Shown here in pieces: positions 31,701-39,884 of a DNA stretch of 64,000 bases. Location: NCBI GenBank assembly GCA_050248855.1, contig JBFWRP010000003.1, forward strand, positions 32,001 through 96,000, given 5' to 3'. The position numbers and the translations under genes were made by a program. This DNA is from Planctomycetota bacterium. Its GTDB lineage: Bacteria > Planctomycetota > PLA2 > JAEUHO01. How positions within the stretch are numbered: position 1 is the first letter of the stretch; each line of letters opens with the position of its first letter. The notes under the pieces were generated by a model, which was not told the DNA's origin, ran no database searches, and saw only the letters and a list, made by a program, of their open reading frames with translations.

Positions 31701-32113
31701 TGCGCGAGATGTTCCGCCTCGTGCGACGCATCGCGGGGATCGCGAAGCTCGCCGAGCTGGACGCCTGGCGCGACGAGATGGCCGATCGGTTCGGGCCCGT
31801 GCCCGAGCCCGTGGAGCGCTTGCTGCTCGCGCAAGCCGTTCGCATCGCCGCGGGCAGCTTCGGCGTGGAGCGCGTGGACCCCGGGCCGCGCGGCAACGCA
31901 GGCGTCATCCTGGTGGCCAAGGACGACGGGCTGGCGCGCGTGCTGGATCGTCTGGACGACGCGCGGGCGCTCGATGCGCGGCGCGCCTACCTGCCGTTGG
32001 CCGGCGGTCCGCCCGAGGGCGGTGAGGACCTGCTTCGCCGTCTGCTCCGACGCCTAGGCGTCCATCGCGATGACGTGCCGCTGGGCCCCAAGCCGCGCCG
32101 CCGCCGACGGTGA
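28718..32113 (+). CDS. mfd: Transcription-repair coupling factor (start approximate)
   Basis: MDRLLCGDVGYGKTEVA, DEEQRFGV, SATPIPRTL, QLRGRVGR and DLEIRGAGNLLG. Confidence 0.96.
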   Translation: MGACPDVPAGPLPTMAPWPLPPLAPTRPASTSPDPALPWWERLGRERSVHVGGLTGAALGRFLAGALDAPQAKARVLLVVVPDAARGDAVRLDVEAFLGVPAHPFPVWPSLSGREAPDTDVVVRRARVLEVLRAARPERPVVVVAPLAALVQEVPSPAAFAAAHVRLAPGSVRPLDVLLEHFAHAGLARVGAVEGPGEMAVRGGVLDVWTFAARGPWRLDFFGDEIESIRELDPATQRSGEEQDAIELLVLPPEHLRDPVDAEHPCSLLDHLPDDAPVALVEQEALVGAATTLGAGAGSGGAASSSGAERVQRLEAALAARRTWVLGPDPVATNHGIDVGAGSLERLRGAGLRGVGPRGHDHAKQLAETLRDVLAKHREVVVFRRADGEQERLEELLTEQGVLGRPTWRHGSLSRSFTWPPTDTAYVAYDDLVDLPLRDRRTQELERRSRPVEDFLELQPGGLVVHRHHGIGLFHGLTTIAGPDGPGDFLELGFAEGTRVFVPVHRIDLVQRYVGTGRTPKLSKLGGTEWAKRTKKVAEAVEELAVELLATQAKRADRQGPPLGPDGPWQHELESAFGHDDTPDQVAGVRAIKQDLEGERPMDRLLCGDVGYGKTEVALRAVFKVLAAGRQAAILVPTKVLAQQHMRTFRARFAPYPFEVAALTSLEGGAANRQTIRDMAEGRVDLVIGTHRLLGKDVKFQKLGLVVVDEEQRFGVQHKERLKGLRADVDVLSLSATPIPRTLHMALLGLRDISNLTTPPLGRHPIETKVAREEDALVRDALLRERARGGQIFVVNPRIRDLPLVERWLLDLVPDLAISTIHGRMDKQQVESRLLRFLEGRIDLLLSTTVIESGLDVANANTIVIRDAHRYGLAELHQLRGRVGRERRRAHALLLVPPDQGLKPEARERLRAIEEYSELGAGFQIAMRDLEIRGAGNLLGPQQSGHIAAVGYDLYCRLLADAVAHAKGRPVSRPKLADLGVELPGGVPAGYVDDVREMFRLVRRIAGIAKLAELDAWRDEMADRFGPVPEPVERLLLAQAVRIAAGSFGVERVDPGPRGNAGVILVAKDDGLARVLDRLDDARALDARRAYLPLAGGPPEGGEDLLRRLLRRLGVHRDDVPLGPKPRRRRR

Positions 32114-32181
32114 GTAACCGCGCGGTAATCGGTGCCGCGTTCGCCCGGGCCCTCCGGGGCGCGGGCCCGTATCCTGCCCCC

Positions 32182-33423
32182 GTGCCGCGTCCCCGCCTCG
32201 TGGTCCCGTCCGTCCTCGTCGCGTGCGTGCTCGCGTCCGCGTGCTCGTCGAGCGTCAGCGACATCCGCCCGTCGCCCGTGCCGCCGGGCTACCTCGAGGC
32301 CCTCGCCCGCGACGGCGGCGAGGCAGGTACGACGCGTCGCGCGCGGGAGGACGGCGAGCAGATCGTGGACGGCATCGTCGCGGCCGTCGGCGACAAGGTG
32401 CTCACCCGGAGCGAGGTGCTGCGCAGCCTGCGCATCCAGGACCAGCCCCGCCGACCCGGAGCCACCGAGGAAGACGAGATCGAGGCCGAGCGCGTGCGCT
32501 GGGCCAGCACGCAGCTGGTCGTCCTCGCGGCCTACCAGGCGGGGCTGCGCCTGGAGGCGCGCATGCTCGACTCGGTGGTCGAGGACGTGATGGAGGGGTT
32601 GCTGGAGGAGGCCTCCGAGAAGGAGGGCCGACCGGTGAGCGAGGAGGAGTGGCTCGCCTCCAAGCGCCTGACGAAGGAGGAGTTCCGCCGGCGTCACGAA
32701 GGGCAGGTCGTCTCCGAGCTTTACGTGCAGAAGCTGATGCGCGGCGTCGGGGGCCCGACGCGGCCCGAGGTCGACTGGGACGTCACGCCGGCCGAAGTCC
32801 GGCGCATCTTCCGCGCCCACCCGGAGGCCTTCGACGAGCCGGCCAAGGTCCGGAGCGCGGTCTTCCAGATCTACGTCAGCGGCCTCGCCGACGAGGAGCA
32901 CACGCCCGCCGAGTGGCAGGACCTGGCCGAGCGCCGCGCGGAGCAGCTGGCCGAGCTGTTCCGCCAGGGTCACGACCACGAGTTCCTGGCGAAGCGCTAC
33001 GGGTTGGACCAGGAGAACATGGGGCTCAGCCTCTTCGCGCCCTCGGCCCAGCCTCTCGATGTGGTCCAGAGGCAGATGGGGGGCCAGGGCGGCATCCCCG
33101 GCATCCAAGCGTGGCTCGAGCGCCCTGACCTGGGTGCGCGCCAGACCCTCGTGGCCAGCCATCCCCAGGGCCCGTTCGTGTACGGGGTGATCGAGTTCGA
33201 GCCGGCGGCCCGCAAGAGCTTCGAGGAAGCCTACGACGACATCGTTTCCGCGATCCGCGCCGCGCGCCAAGCCAGTACGCGCGCCCGCGTCGTCATCCAG
33301 ATGCTCGCCACGGGTTCGGCCGTCTCGCCGCCCGAGCTCGAGGACCGGGTACTGGACGCCGCCCAGCAGACGCTCGACGAGATCGCGGCGAACGAGATCC
33401 TCGGGAAGGTCCGCCTCCGGTGA
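32182..33423 (+). CDS. SurA N-terminal-like/PpiC-like chaperone lipoprotein
   Basis: Lipobox ASAC; IVDGIVAAVGDKVLTRSEV is SurA_N-like; the position after mfd is typical; TATCCT 6 nt before the GTG. Confidence 0.65.
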   Translation: MPRPRLVVPSVLVACVLASACSSSVSDIRPSPVPPGYLEALARDGGEAGTTRRAREDGEQIVDGIVAAVGDKVLTRSEVLRSLRIQDQPRRPGATEEDEIEAERVRWASTQLVVLAAYQAGLRLEARMLDSVVEDVMEGLLEEASEKEGRPVSEEEWLASKRLTKEEFRRRHEGQVVSELYVQKLMRGVGGPTRPEVDWDVTPAEVRRIFRAHPEAFDEPAKVRSAVFQIYVSGLADEEHTPAEWQDLAERRAEQLAELFRQGHDHEFLAKRYGLDQENMGLSLFAPSAQPLDVVQRQMGGQGGIPGIQAWLERPDLGARQTLVASHPQGPFVYGVIEFEPAARKSFEEAYDDIVSAIRAARQASTRARVVIQMLATGSAVSPPELEDRVLDAAQQTLDEIAANEILGKVRLR

Positions 33424-34475
33424 CCGCCGGCGCGCGACGCACGCCCCTTGCCGTCGCCCTGGTCGGAGTGCTCCTGGCCGTGGCGTCCGCGGCGTTCGCG
33501 TGGCGGGTGCACGACTTGGCACCCCAGCGCTCGGGCGCCGTGCGCGGCGACGGGCTCTACGGCCCCGAGCGCGCCGCAGAGGTGCGCGCGCTGATGGCGC
33601 GGCTCGCCCGCGGTCTCCTCGCCTGCCAGACCGACGCGGGCTGGTTCCGCACGCAGGCCGAGGCGACGGGGACGGGCTACAACGACGACGGGGAGCGGAC
33701 GGGTGCGAGCGCGCTGGCCCTGGCCGCGCTCGCGACGGCGCGGGACGTCACGGTCGGTCGCACGCCCGTCCCCGGCCTGGAGGAGGGTCTGGCGCGCGGC
33801 TTGGCGTGGCTGCGCACCCAGCAGCTGCCGGGAGGTGCCTTCGCGCGGGGCGAGGGCTCCTCGCTCTGGGTCGCTGCCGAGGCCACCGGTGGGGCCTTCC
33901 TCGCGCTGCTCCTGGCGGGCGACCCCGCGGATGCGAGCCTGCTCGACGGCGCCGGCACGGCCCTGACCCGCCTGTCCGAGCAGAAGCTCCCCGCGGGTCG
34001 CAGCCGGTCCATCGTGGGCATCGCAGCCGAGCGCGCCGTGGGCTTGGACCGCGAGGGGTTCTTGCCCAAGGGCCTGGATGCCTTGCTCGACGCCCGCTTC
34101 GATGACGTGGTGCCGACCGGCAACGACTACCTGCTCTGGGACACCACGCTGTCGGAGGTGGTGACCCGGCTGCTTCGCGCCCGCGGTTCCCAGGGGCTGG
34201 ACCCGCTCCCCGGTCGCGTGGCCCAAGCCGTGCTGGAGCGCCCGCCGAGCTGGCGCGGCAGCAACACCGACGTCTCGGCGTGGTGGGTGCAGGGGTGGCT
34301 GGCCGCTCGCACGCCAGGCTCGGCCGCCTGGTTCGACGCGCTGCCGGGGCCCATCGGGGAGTGGGTGGATGAGGACGGGCTGCTGCCCGGGGGCTTCTTC
34401 ACCTCGTCGCTGCTCCAGACGGCCTGCGCCGTGCTGGCCCTGGACGAGGGGCTCCGCGCCGCAGCAGGCCCCTGA
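33420..34475 (+). CDS. Exported alpha/alpha-toroid (QW-repeat-like) protein, divergent
   Basis: N-terminal hydrophobic segment; LLACQTDAGWF and WLRTQQLPGGAF QW-like motifs; terminal TACAVLAL. Confidence 0.6.
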   Translation: MTAGARRTPLAVALVGVLLAVASAAFAWRVHDLAPQRSGAVRGDGLYGPERAAEVRALMARLARGLLACQTDAGWFRTQAEATGTGYNDDGERTGASALALAALATARDVTVGRTPVPGLEEGLARGLAWLRTQQLPGGAFARGEGSSLWVAAEATGGAFLALLLAGDPADASLLDGAGTALTRLSEQKLPAGRSRSIVGIAAERAVGLDREGFLPKGLDALLDARFDDVVPTGNDYLLWDTTLSEVVTRLLRARGSQGLDPLPGRVAQAVLERPPSWRGSNTDVSAWWVQGWLAARTPGSAAWFDALPGPIGEWVDEDGLLPGGFFTSSLLQTACAVLALDEGLRAAAGP

Positions 34476-34539
34476 TGACCGGGCTTTGAGGCCCGTTGGC
34501 CCAGCGGGCCACGATGCGCCCCGAGCCGGGAATCGCGGC

Positions 34540-34563
34540 GAACCGCTAGCCCCCTCCCCCGTT
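34540..34563 (+). promoter_or_regulatory. Putative ECF-sigma promoter (GAAC-N16-CGTT) upstream of paralog 1
   Basis: Same spaced motif recurs at 36393, 39724 and 41482. Confidence 0.6.
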
Positions 34564-34611
34564 GGAGTGGTGTGGAGGCTCTCCCTATAGTGGGCGGGCT
34601 TCCGAGCTTGA

Positions 34612-34662
34612 ACGGCCCGAGAGGCACGACGGCCCGAGAGGCACGACGGCCGAAGAAGCACG
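34612..34662 (+). repeat. 17-bp tandem repeat (2 exact copies + 1 degenerate) in the leader of paralog 1
   Basis: ACGGCCCGAGAGGCACG x2, then ACGGCCGAAGAAGCACG. Confidence 0.8.
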
Positions 34663-34674
34663 ACGAGGACGCCG

Positions 34675-36273
34675 ATGGCACGCACCGAGCGCACCGAACA
34701 CCAATACGCCTTCGCCCGGGAAGGTGACTTCAACGAGCAGCTCTACGAAGCGCTGCGCCAGGCCCCCTGGTGGATGATCAGCATCGCGCTGCACGTCCTC
34801 GTCGGCGCCATCCTCCTTGCGCTGGACACCAGCGACAAGGACGCGGCCGCTCCGCCCCTGATCCAGGCCTCGCAGAACGACAACATCGAGGAAGAGCTCC
34901 CCGAGGTCGAGGAAGAGACCGAGGAAGTCAAGGAGCAGGACCTCGTCGTCGAAGAGCCCGTCATCAAGGACGAGGAGATCTCCGAGGAAGTCGAGACCGA
35001 CAACGACCTGCCCTTCGAGGAATCGTTCGGCCAGACCGAGGGTCTTTCGGACGCGCCCTTCGAGGGCCCGGCCAACAACGGCACCATCGGTATCGGCGGC
35101 GGCGCCGGCGGCGCGTTCAAGGGCCGCGGTGGCGGCCGTGACAGGGGCCGTGGCGGCGGTGGTCGCAAGAAGTTCGACGACGCCGTGGACGACGCGCTGA
35201 AGTGGCTCGCCGCCCACCAGTCGCTCAACGGGGGCTGGGAAGCCGCCGGCTTCATGAACTGGTGCGACCTCAAGCCTGCCGAGGAGGGCAAGAAGCCCGA
35301 CGGCGCCGGCAAGGTCATGTACGACGCGGGTGTGAGCGGTCTGTCGCTCTGCGCGTTCCTGGGTGCGGGCTACACGAACCGCGGCGACCACGAGTTCGCC
35401 AAGACGGTGTCGCGCGGCCTCAAGTACCTGAAGGACATCCAGGACCCGGAGGGTTGCTTCGGTCCGCGCTCGACGCAGCAGTACATCTACAACCACGCCA
35501 CGGCCTCGCTGGCCATGGTGGAAGCCTACGGCATGACGGGCAGCCCGATCTTCAAGGGCCCCGCCCAGCGCGCCTTGGACTTCATCGCCCTGACCCGCAA
35601 CCCGTACTTCGCCTGGCGTTACGGCATCAAGCCGGGCGACAACGACACCTCGGTGACGGGCTGGATGATGATGGCGCTCAAGAGCGCCAAGATGATCAAC
35701 AAGGACGCCATCGACAGCGGCAAGCCGGCTCCGCTCTCGCTGGACGACGGCGCCTTCGACGGCATCCGCACGTGGCTCGACAAGGTCACGGACCTCAACA
35801 CGGGTCGCGTCGGTTACCTGACCCGCGGCACGGGCCCGGCTCGGCCGCAGGAGCTGATCGACAAGTTCCCGGGTGAGAAGTCCGAGTCGATGACGGGTGT
35901 GGGCATGCTCGCCCGCATCTTCATGGGCGACGACCCGACCAAGGACGAGCACATCAAGAAGGGCGCCGAGCTCTGCTCCAAGCTGCCCCCGACGTGGAAC
36001 GAGTCCGACGGCAGCATCGACATGTACTACTGGTACTACGCGACGCTCGCGATGTTCCAGGTCGGCGGCAAGCACTGGGACAAGTGGAAGGCGGCCATGG
36101 AGAAGGCCATGGTCGAGACCCAGCGCAAGGACACCGACTACTGCCAGTTCAAGGGCTCGTGGGATGCCATCGGCCCCTGGGGCCCGGACGGTGGCCGCGT
36201 GTACAGCACGGCGATCTTGGCGCTGTGCCTCGAGGTCTTCTACCGCTACGACCGCGTGTTCGGCACGAAGTAG
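34675..36273 (+). CDS. Membrane-anchored prenyltransferase/squalene-oxidase-repeat (alpha/alpha toroid) protein, paralog 1
   Basis: TM WMISIALHVLVGAILL, acidic linker, Gly-rich hinge, and QW-like motifs WLAAHQ..NGGW, LKDIQDPEGCF, TQR...GSW. Confidence 0.85.
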   Translation: MARTERTEHQYAFAREGDFNEQLYEALRQAPWWMISIALHVLVGAILLALDTSDKDAAAPPLIQASQNDNIEEELPEVEEETEEVKEQDLVVEEPVIKDEEISEEVETDNDLPFEESFGQTEGLSDAPFEGPANNGTIGIGGGAGGAFKGRGGGRDRGRGGGGRKKFDDAVDDALKWLAAHQSLNGGWEAAGFMNWCDLKPAEEGKKPDGAGKVMYDAGVSGLSLCAFLGAGYTNRGDHEFAKTVSRGLKYLKDIQDPEGCFGPRSTQQYIYNHATASLAMVEAYGMTGSPIFKGPAQRALDFIALTRNPYFAWRYGIKPGDNDTSVTGWMMMALKSAKMINKDAIDSGKPAPLSLDDGAFDGIRTWLDKVTDLNTGRVGYLTRGTGPARPQELIDKFPGEKSESMTGVGMLARIFMGDDPTKDEHIKKGAELCSKLPPTWNESDGSIDMYYWYYATLAMFQVGGKHWDKWKAAMEKAMVETQRKDTDYCQFKGSWDAIGPWGPDGGRVYSTAILALCLEVFYRYDRVFGTK

Positions 36274-36296
36274 CCCGAATCGCGACTCTCGCTCCA

Positions 36297-36342
36297 AGGC
36301 GGGGCGCGTTGCCGCAAGGCGATGCGCCCCGCTTCGCATTTT
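36297..36342 (+). terminator. Probable terminator after paralog 1
   Basis: Long GC stem GGCGGGGCGCGTTGCC-GCAA-GGCGATGCGCCCCGCTT followed by CGCATTTT. Confidence 0.6.
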
Positions 36343-36392
36343 GGCCGCCTGCGAACCGACTCCCGTGCACCCGTCCAGCCACCGGACCCGGT

Positions 36393-36416
36393 GAACCACC
36401 CCACGGCCGCTCCGTT
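36393..36416 (+). promoter_or_regulatory. Putative ECF-sigma promoter upstream of paralog 2
   Basis: GAAC-N16-CGTT. Confidence 0.6.
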
Positions 36417-36550
36417 GCAAGGGATGGAGACACGAGGCAAGCCCTCGAGCTCCCGCCCGGATGACGCGCTCTTCCTGCGCAGGGGAGCGCCGGGCGCATG
36501 TGACCGGCAGGCCGCGGTGACCCGCGTGGCCCCCGGAGGAGGTGCTCGAG

Positions 36551-38155
36551 ATGGCACGACAGCAACGGTCCAGCTACCCGTATGCCTTCACCACGGAGGC
36601 AACGTTCGACGAACAGCTGCGTAGTGCGCTCAAGGAAGCGCCGTGGTGGATGATCAGCATCGCACTGCACGTGCTCGTGGGGGCGCTGCTGCTCGCGCTC
36701 GACACGAGCGAACCCGAAGCGGCCGCCCCGCCGCTCGTGTCGGCGACCATGGCCCAGGAGCTGATCGACGAGATCCCGCCCGAGGACGACAAGGTCGAGG
36801 ACAAGATCCAGGAGCTCGTCGAGAACCCGCAGCCGGTCGACATCCCCGAGCCGGAGGTCGACGTCCCGGAGACCGACAACGATCTCCCGACGAACGAGGT
36901 CCTCGGCAACGAGACGGGCCTCTCCGACGCACCTTTCGAGGGCCCCAGCAAGAACAGCGAGATCGGCATCGGCCCAGGCGCGGGAGGCCGGTGGGGTCGC
37001 GGCAAGGGAGGTGACGACAACAGCGGCGGCCGTCGCGGCGGCGGCGAGCGCAGCGAGAACGCCGTCGACGACGCCCTCAAGTGGCTCGCTGCCCATCAGT
37101 CGGGCAGCAGCGGCGGCTGGGAAGCTGCCGGCTTCATGAACTGGTGCGACCTCCAGCCCGCCGCGGACGGCCAGCGCTCCGACGGGGCCGGCAAGACCAT
37201 GTACGACGCGGGCGTCACGGGCTTGGCGCTCTGCGCGTTCCTCGGGGCGGGCTACACGAACCGCGGCGACCACGAGTTCGCCCGCACCGTGTCGCGCGGC
37301 CTCAAGCATCTGAAGGACATCCAGGACCCGGAGGGCTGCTTCGGACCGCGCTCCACGCAACAGTACATCTACAACCACGCCACGGCCTCGCTGGCCATGG
37401 TGGAAGCCTACGGCATGACGGGCAGCCCGATCTTCAAAGCGCCGGCCCAGCGCGCCTTGGACTTCATCGCCCTGGCCCGCAACCCGTACTTCGCGTGGCG
37501 CTACGGCATCAAGCCCGGCGACAACGACACCTCGGTGACGGGTTGGATGATGATGGCGCTCAAGAGCGCCAAGCTCGTCAACAGCTACGAGATCAAGGCC
37601 GGCAAGCCGGCTCCACTGAGCGTGGACGACGGCGCCTTCGACGGCATCCGGACCTGGCTCGACAAGGTGACCGATCCCAACACGGGCCGCGTCGGCTACC
37701 TGACCCGCGGTACGGGCCCGGCCCGTCCCCAGGAGCTCATCGACAAGTTCCCGGCCGACAAGTCCGAGTCGATGACGGGCGTGGGCGTGCTGGCGCGCGT
37801 CTTCAGCGGCGAGGACGTCGACAAGAGCGACGCGATCAAGAAGGGCGCCGAGCTCTGCGCCAAGCTGCCTCCGACGTGGAACGAGTCCGACGGCAGCATC
37901 GACATGTACTACTGGTACTACGCGACGCTCGCGATGTTCCAGGTCGGTGGCAAGCACTGGGACAAGTGGAAGGTGGCCATGGACAAGGCCATCGTCGACT
38001 CCCAACGCCGCGACACCGACTACTGCCAGTTCAAGGGCTCCTGGGACCCGATCGGCCCCTGGGGTCCGGACGGCGGCCGCGTCTACAGCACCGCGATCCT
38101 CGCCATGTGCCTCGAGGTCTACTACCGCTACCCGCGCGTCGCAGGCACCAAGTAG
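36551..38155 (+). CDS. Membrane-anchored alpha/alpha-toroid protein, paralog 2
   Basis: Same architecture as paralog 1; GGAGGAGG RBS. Confidence 0.85.
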   Translation: MARQQRSSYPYAFTTEATFDEQLRSALKEAPWWMISIALHVLVGALLLALDTSEPEAAAPPLVSATMAQELIDEIPPEDDKVEDKIQELVENPQPVDIPEPEVDVPETDNDLPTNEVLGNETGLSDAPFEGPSKNSEIGIGPGAGGRWGRGKGGDDNSGGRRGGGERSENAVDDALKWLAAHQSGSSGGWEAAGFMNWCDLQPAADGQRSDGAGKTMYDAGVTGLALCAFLGAGYTNRGDHEFARTVSRGLKHLKDIQDPEGCFGPRSTQQYIYNHATASLAMVEAYGMTGSPIFKAPAQRALDFIALARNPYFAWRYGIKPGDNDTSVTGWMMMALKSAKLVNSYEIKAGKPAPLSVDDGAFDGIRTWLDKVTDPNTGRVGYLTRGTGPARPQELIDKFPADKSESMTGVGVLARVFSGEDVDKSDAIKKGAELCAKLPPTWNESDGSIDMYYWYYATLAMFQVGGKHWDKWKVAMDKAIVDSQRRDTDYCQFKGSWDPIGPWGPDGGRVYSTAILAMCLEVYYRYPRVAGTK

Positions 38156-38160
38156 CTCCC

Positions 38161-38257
38161 TACGGTGCCAGAGCAATTCCTATCACCCAGTGCCGGAGGG
38201 AGCCTGTGAATGCGACGGCCACTTGCACTGGCTGATAGGAATTGCTCTGGCACCGTA
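38161..38257. repeat. Palindromic element with 32-bp arms (REP/MITE-like), copy 1
   Basis: TACGGTGCCAGAGCAATTCCTATCACCCAGTG at 38161-38192 and its reverse complement (1 mismatch) at 38226-38257. Confidence 0.9.
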
Positions 38258-39676
38258 CGTGGTGGACTGCTGATCGCGCTTGGTGTCGCTCTCGGTGCCG
38301 TTGGCCACGCTTGGTGGGCTGGCTGGCCTTCGTCTGCGGTCCCTCCGCGCGATGTGGGCGCGCCTCCACCTCCGCTCGTCTCTCCTGGCGCCGGGGTCGG
38401 CGGACCTCGTGTGCCCGCCGCCGCAGGCGGGTCTGCGGGCGGATCCCCGGCCGTGCCAGCGGATTTCGACGAGTTCGTACAGCTCGATGAGGACCTATCT
38501 CGATCAGGGCCCATCAAGTGGCCCCCAATCCCCTTCCCCATGCGGGAGAAGATGGGCACGGCGTTTCGATCTCGTGAGGTTCACCGCATCGCAGTTGAGA
38601 AGGATCGGCAGGAGGCCCGCCAAGCCGTGGAGCGCGCCCTTCGCTGGTTGGCGGCACACCAAGCTCGGGACGGAGGCTGGGACGCGGCGGCGTTCCACGA
38701 GTGGTGCCACCGCGAGCATGCGCCCTCCGACATGCAGGCCGACGGCGCCGGGAAGCGCACGTACGACGTGGGGGTCAGCGGCCTTGCGTTGTGCGCCTTC
38801 CTGGGTGCGGGCTACACGAACCGCGGTGACCACGAGTTCGCACCCACGATCTCGCGCGGCCTGAAGTACTTGAAAGACGTCCAGGACCCGGAGGGTTGCT
38901 TCGGTCCGCAGTCCAACCCGCAGCACGTCTACAACCACGCGCTGGCCACGCTCGCCATGGTCGAAGCCTTCGGCATGACGGGCAGCCCCATCTTCAGGGG
39001 CCCCGCGCAGCGCAGCTTGGACTTCGCGGTGCAGGCCCGCGACTCGTTCCTCGTCTGGCCGGACGACGCCCAGCCAGGTGGCCCCGGCAGGTCGGTCACG
39101 GCGTGGATGACCAACGTGATCACGTCGGCCCACGCCATCAACGCGGCCGCCGTTGCTGGCGGCAAGCCGGCACCGCTGCGGGTTGACGGGGCCGCCCTCG
39201 ATGGCGTCCATGACTGGGTCCGCAGGAGGACCGATCCCGTGACCGGCCGCGTCGGCTGCATGGATCGCTTCCCGCCCGATCCCTCGGAGGCGATGACGGC
39301 GGCGGGGATCCTGCTGCGCATCTACACGCGCGAGAGCCCCGCCAAGAGCGAGCTGATCCAGCGCGGGGTCAAACGCTGCTTGGCACGGCTTCCCGTCTGG
39401 AACGCGATCGACGGCTCGATCGACATAGCGTACTGGCACTTCGCCACGCAGGCCATGCACCAAGTCGGTGGCGAATCGTGGGCCACGTGGAAGGCTGCGC
39501 TCGCGACAGCCGTCGTCGAGACGCAACGCCGCGACACGGATCCCTGTGCGTTCGAGGGTTCTTGGGACCCCGTGGGCCCCGGAGGACCTGATGGCGGCCG
39601 CGTCTACAGCACGGCGCTGATGGCACTGTGTCTGGAGGCGCCGCACCTCTACGAGCGCGTGTACCGCGGCGAGTAG
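38210..39676 (+). CDS. alpha/alpha-toroid protein, paralog 3 (divergent subtype, start uncertain)
   Basis: Shares GAGYTNRGDHEF, YNHA, MVEA.GMTGS and GPDGGRVYSTA with the other paralogs; different N-terminus. Confidence 0.8.
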   Translation: MRRPLALADRNCSGTVRGGLLIALGVALGAVGHAWWAGWPSSAVPPRDVGAPPPPLVSPGAGVGGPRVPAAAGGSAGGSPAVPADFDEFVQLDEDLSRSGPIKWPPIPFPMREKMGTAFRSREVHRIAVEKDRQEARQAVERALRWLAAHQARDGGWDAAAFHEWCHREHAPSDMQADGAGKRTYDVGVSGLALCAFLGAGYTNRGDHEFAPTISRGLKYLKDVQDPEGCFGPQSNPQHVYNHALATLAMVEAFGMTGSPIFRGPAQRSLDFAVQARDSFLVWPDDAQPGGPGRSVTAWMTNVITSAHAINAAAVAGGKPAPLRVDGAALDGVHDWVRRRTDPVTGRVGCMDRFPPDPSEAMTAAGILLRIYTRESPAKSELIQRGVKRCLARLPVWNAIDGSIDIAYWHFATQAMHQVGGESWATWKAALATAVVETQRRDTDPCAFEGSWDPVGPGGPDGGRVYSTALMALCLEAPHLYERVYRGE

Positions 39677-39723
39677 CGGTCACCCCGCACTCCGGACACC
39701 TCCGCGCGGCTGACGCGGATCGT

Positions 39724-39747
39724 GAACCCCGCACGCCGGCCTGCGTT
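39724..39747 (+). promoter_or_regulatory. Putative ECF-sigma promoter upstream of paralog 4
   Basis: GAAC-N16-CGTT inside a ~160-bp leader homologous to that of paralog 2. Confidence 0.6.
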
Positions 39748-39884
39748 GCAGAGGACGGAGACGCGACGACAAGCCTTTCGCGCTTCCGCCCGGACAACGG
39801 CTCTCCCCTTGCGCATGAGAGCCCCGCGTCGAGATGACCGGGAGGCCGCGACGACCCGCGCGGCGCCCGGAGGAGGTGCTTCCG

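Noticed and set aside
28811..31834. Long antisense and alternative-frame ORFs (this one, plus 10529-12946, 36149-38176, 39369-41762 and others)
   Set aside because: Shadow ORFs expected in high-GC DNA opposite well-supported genes
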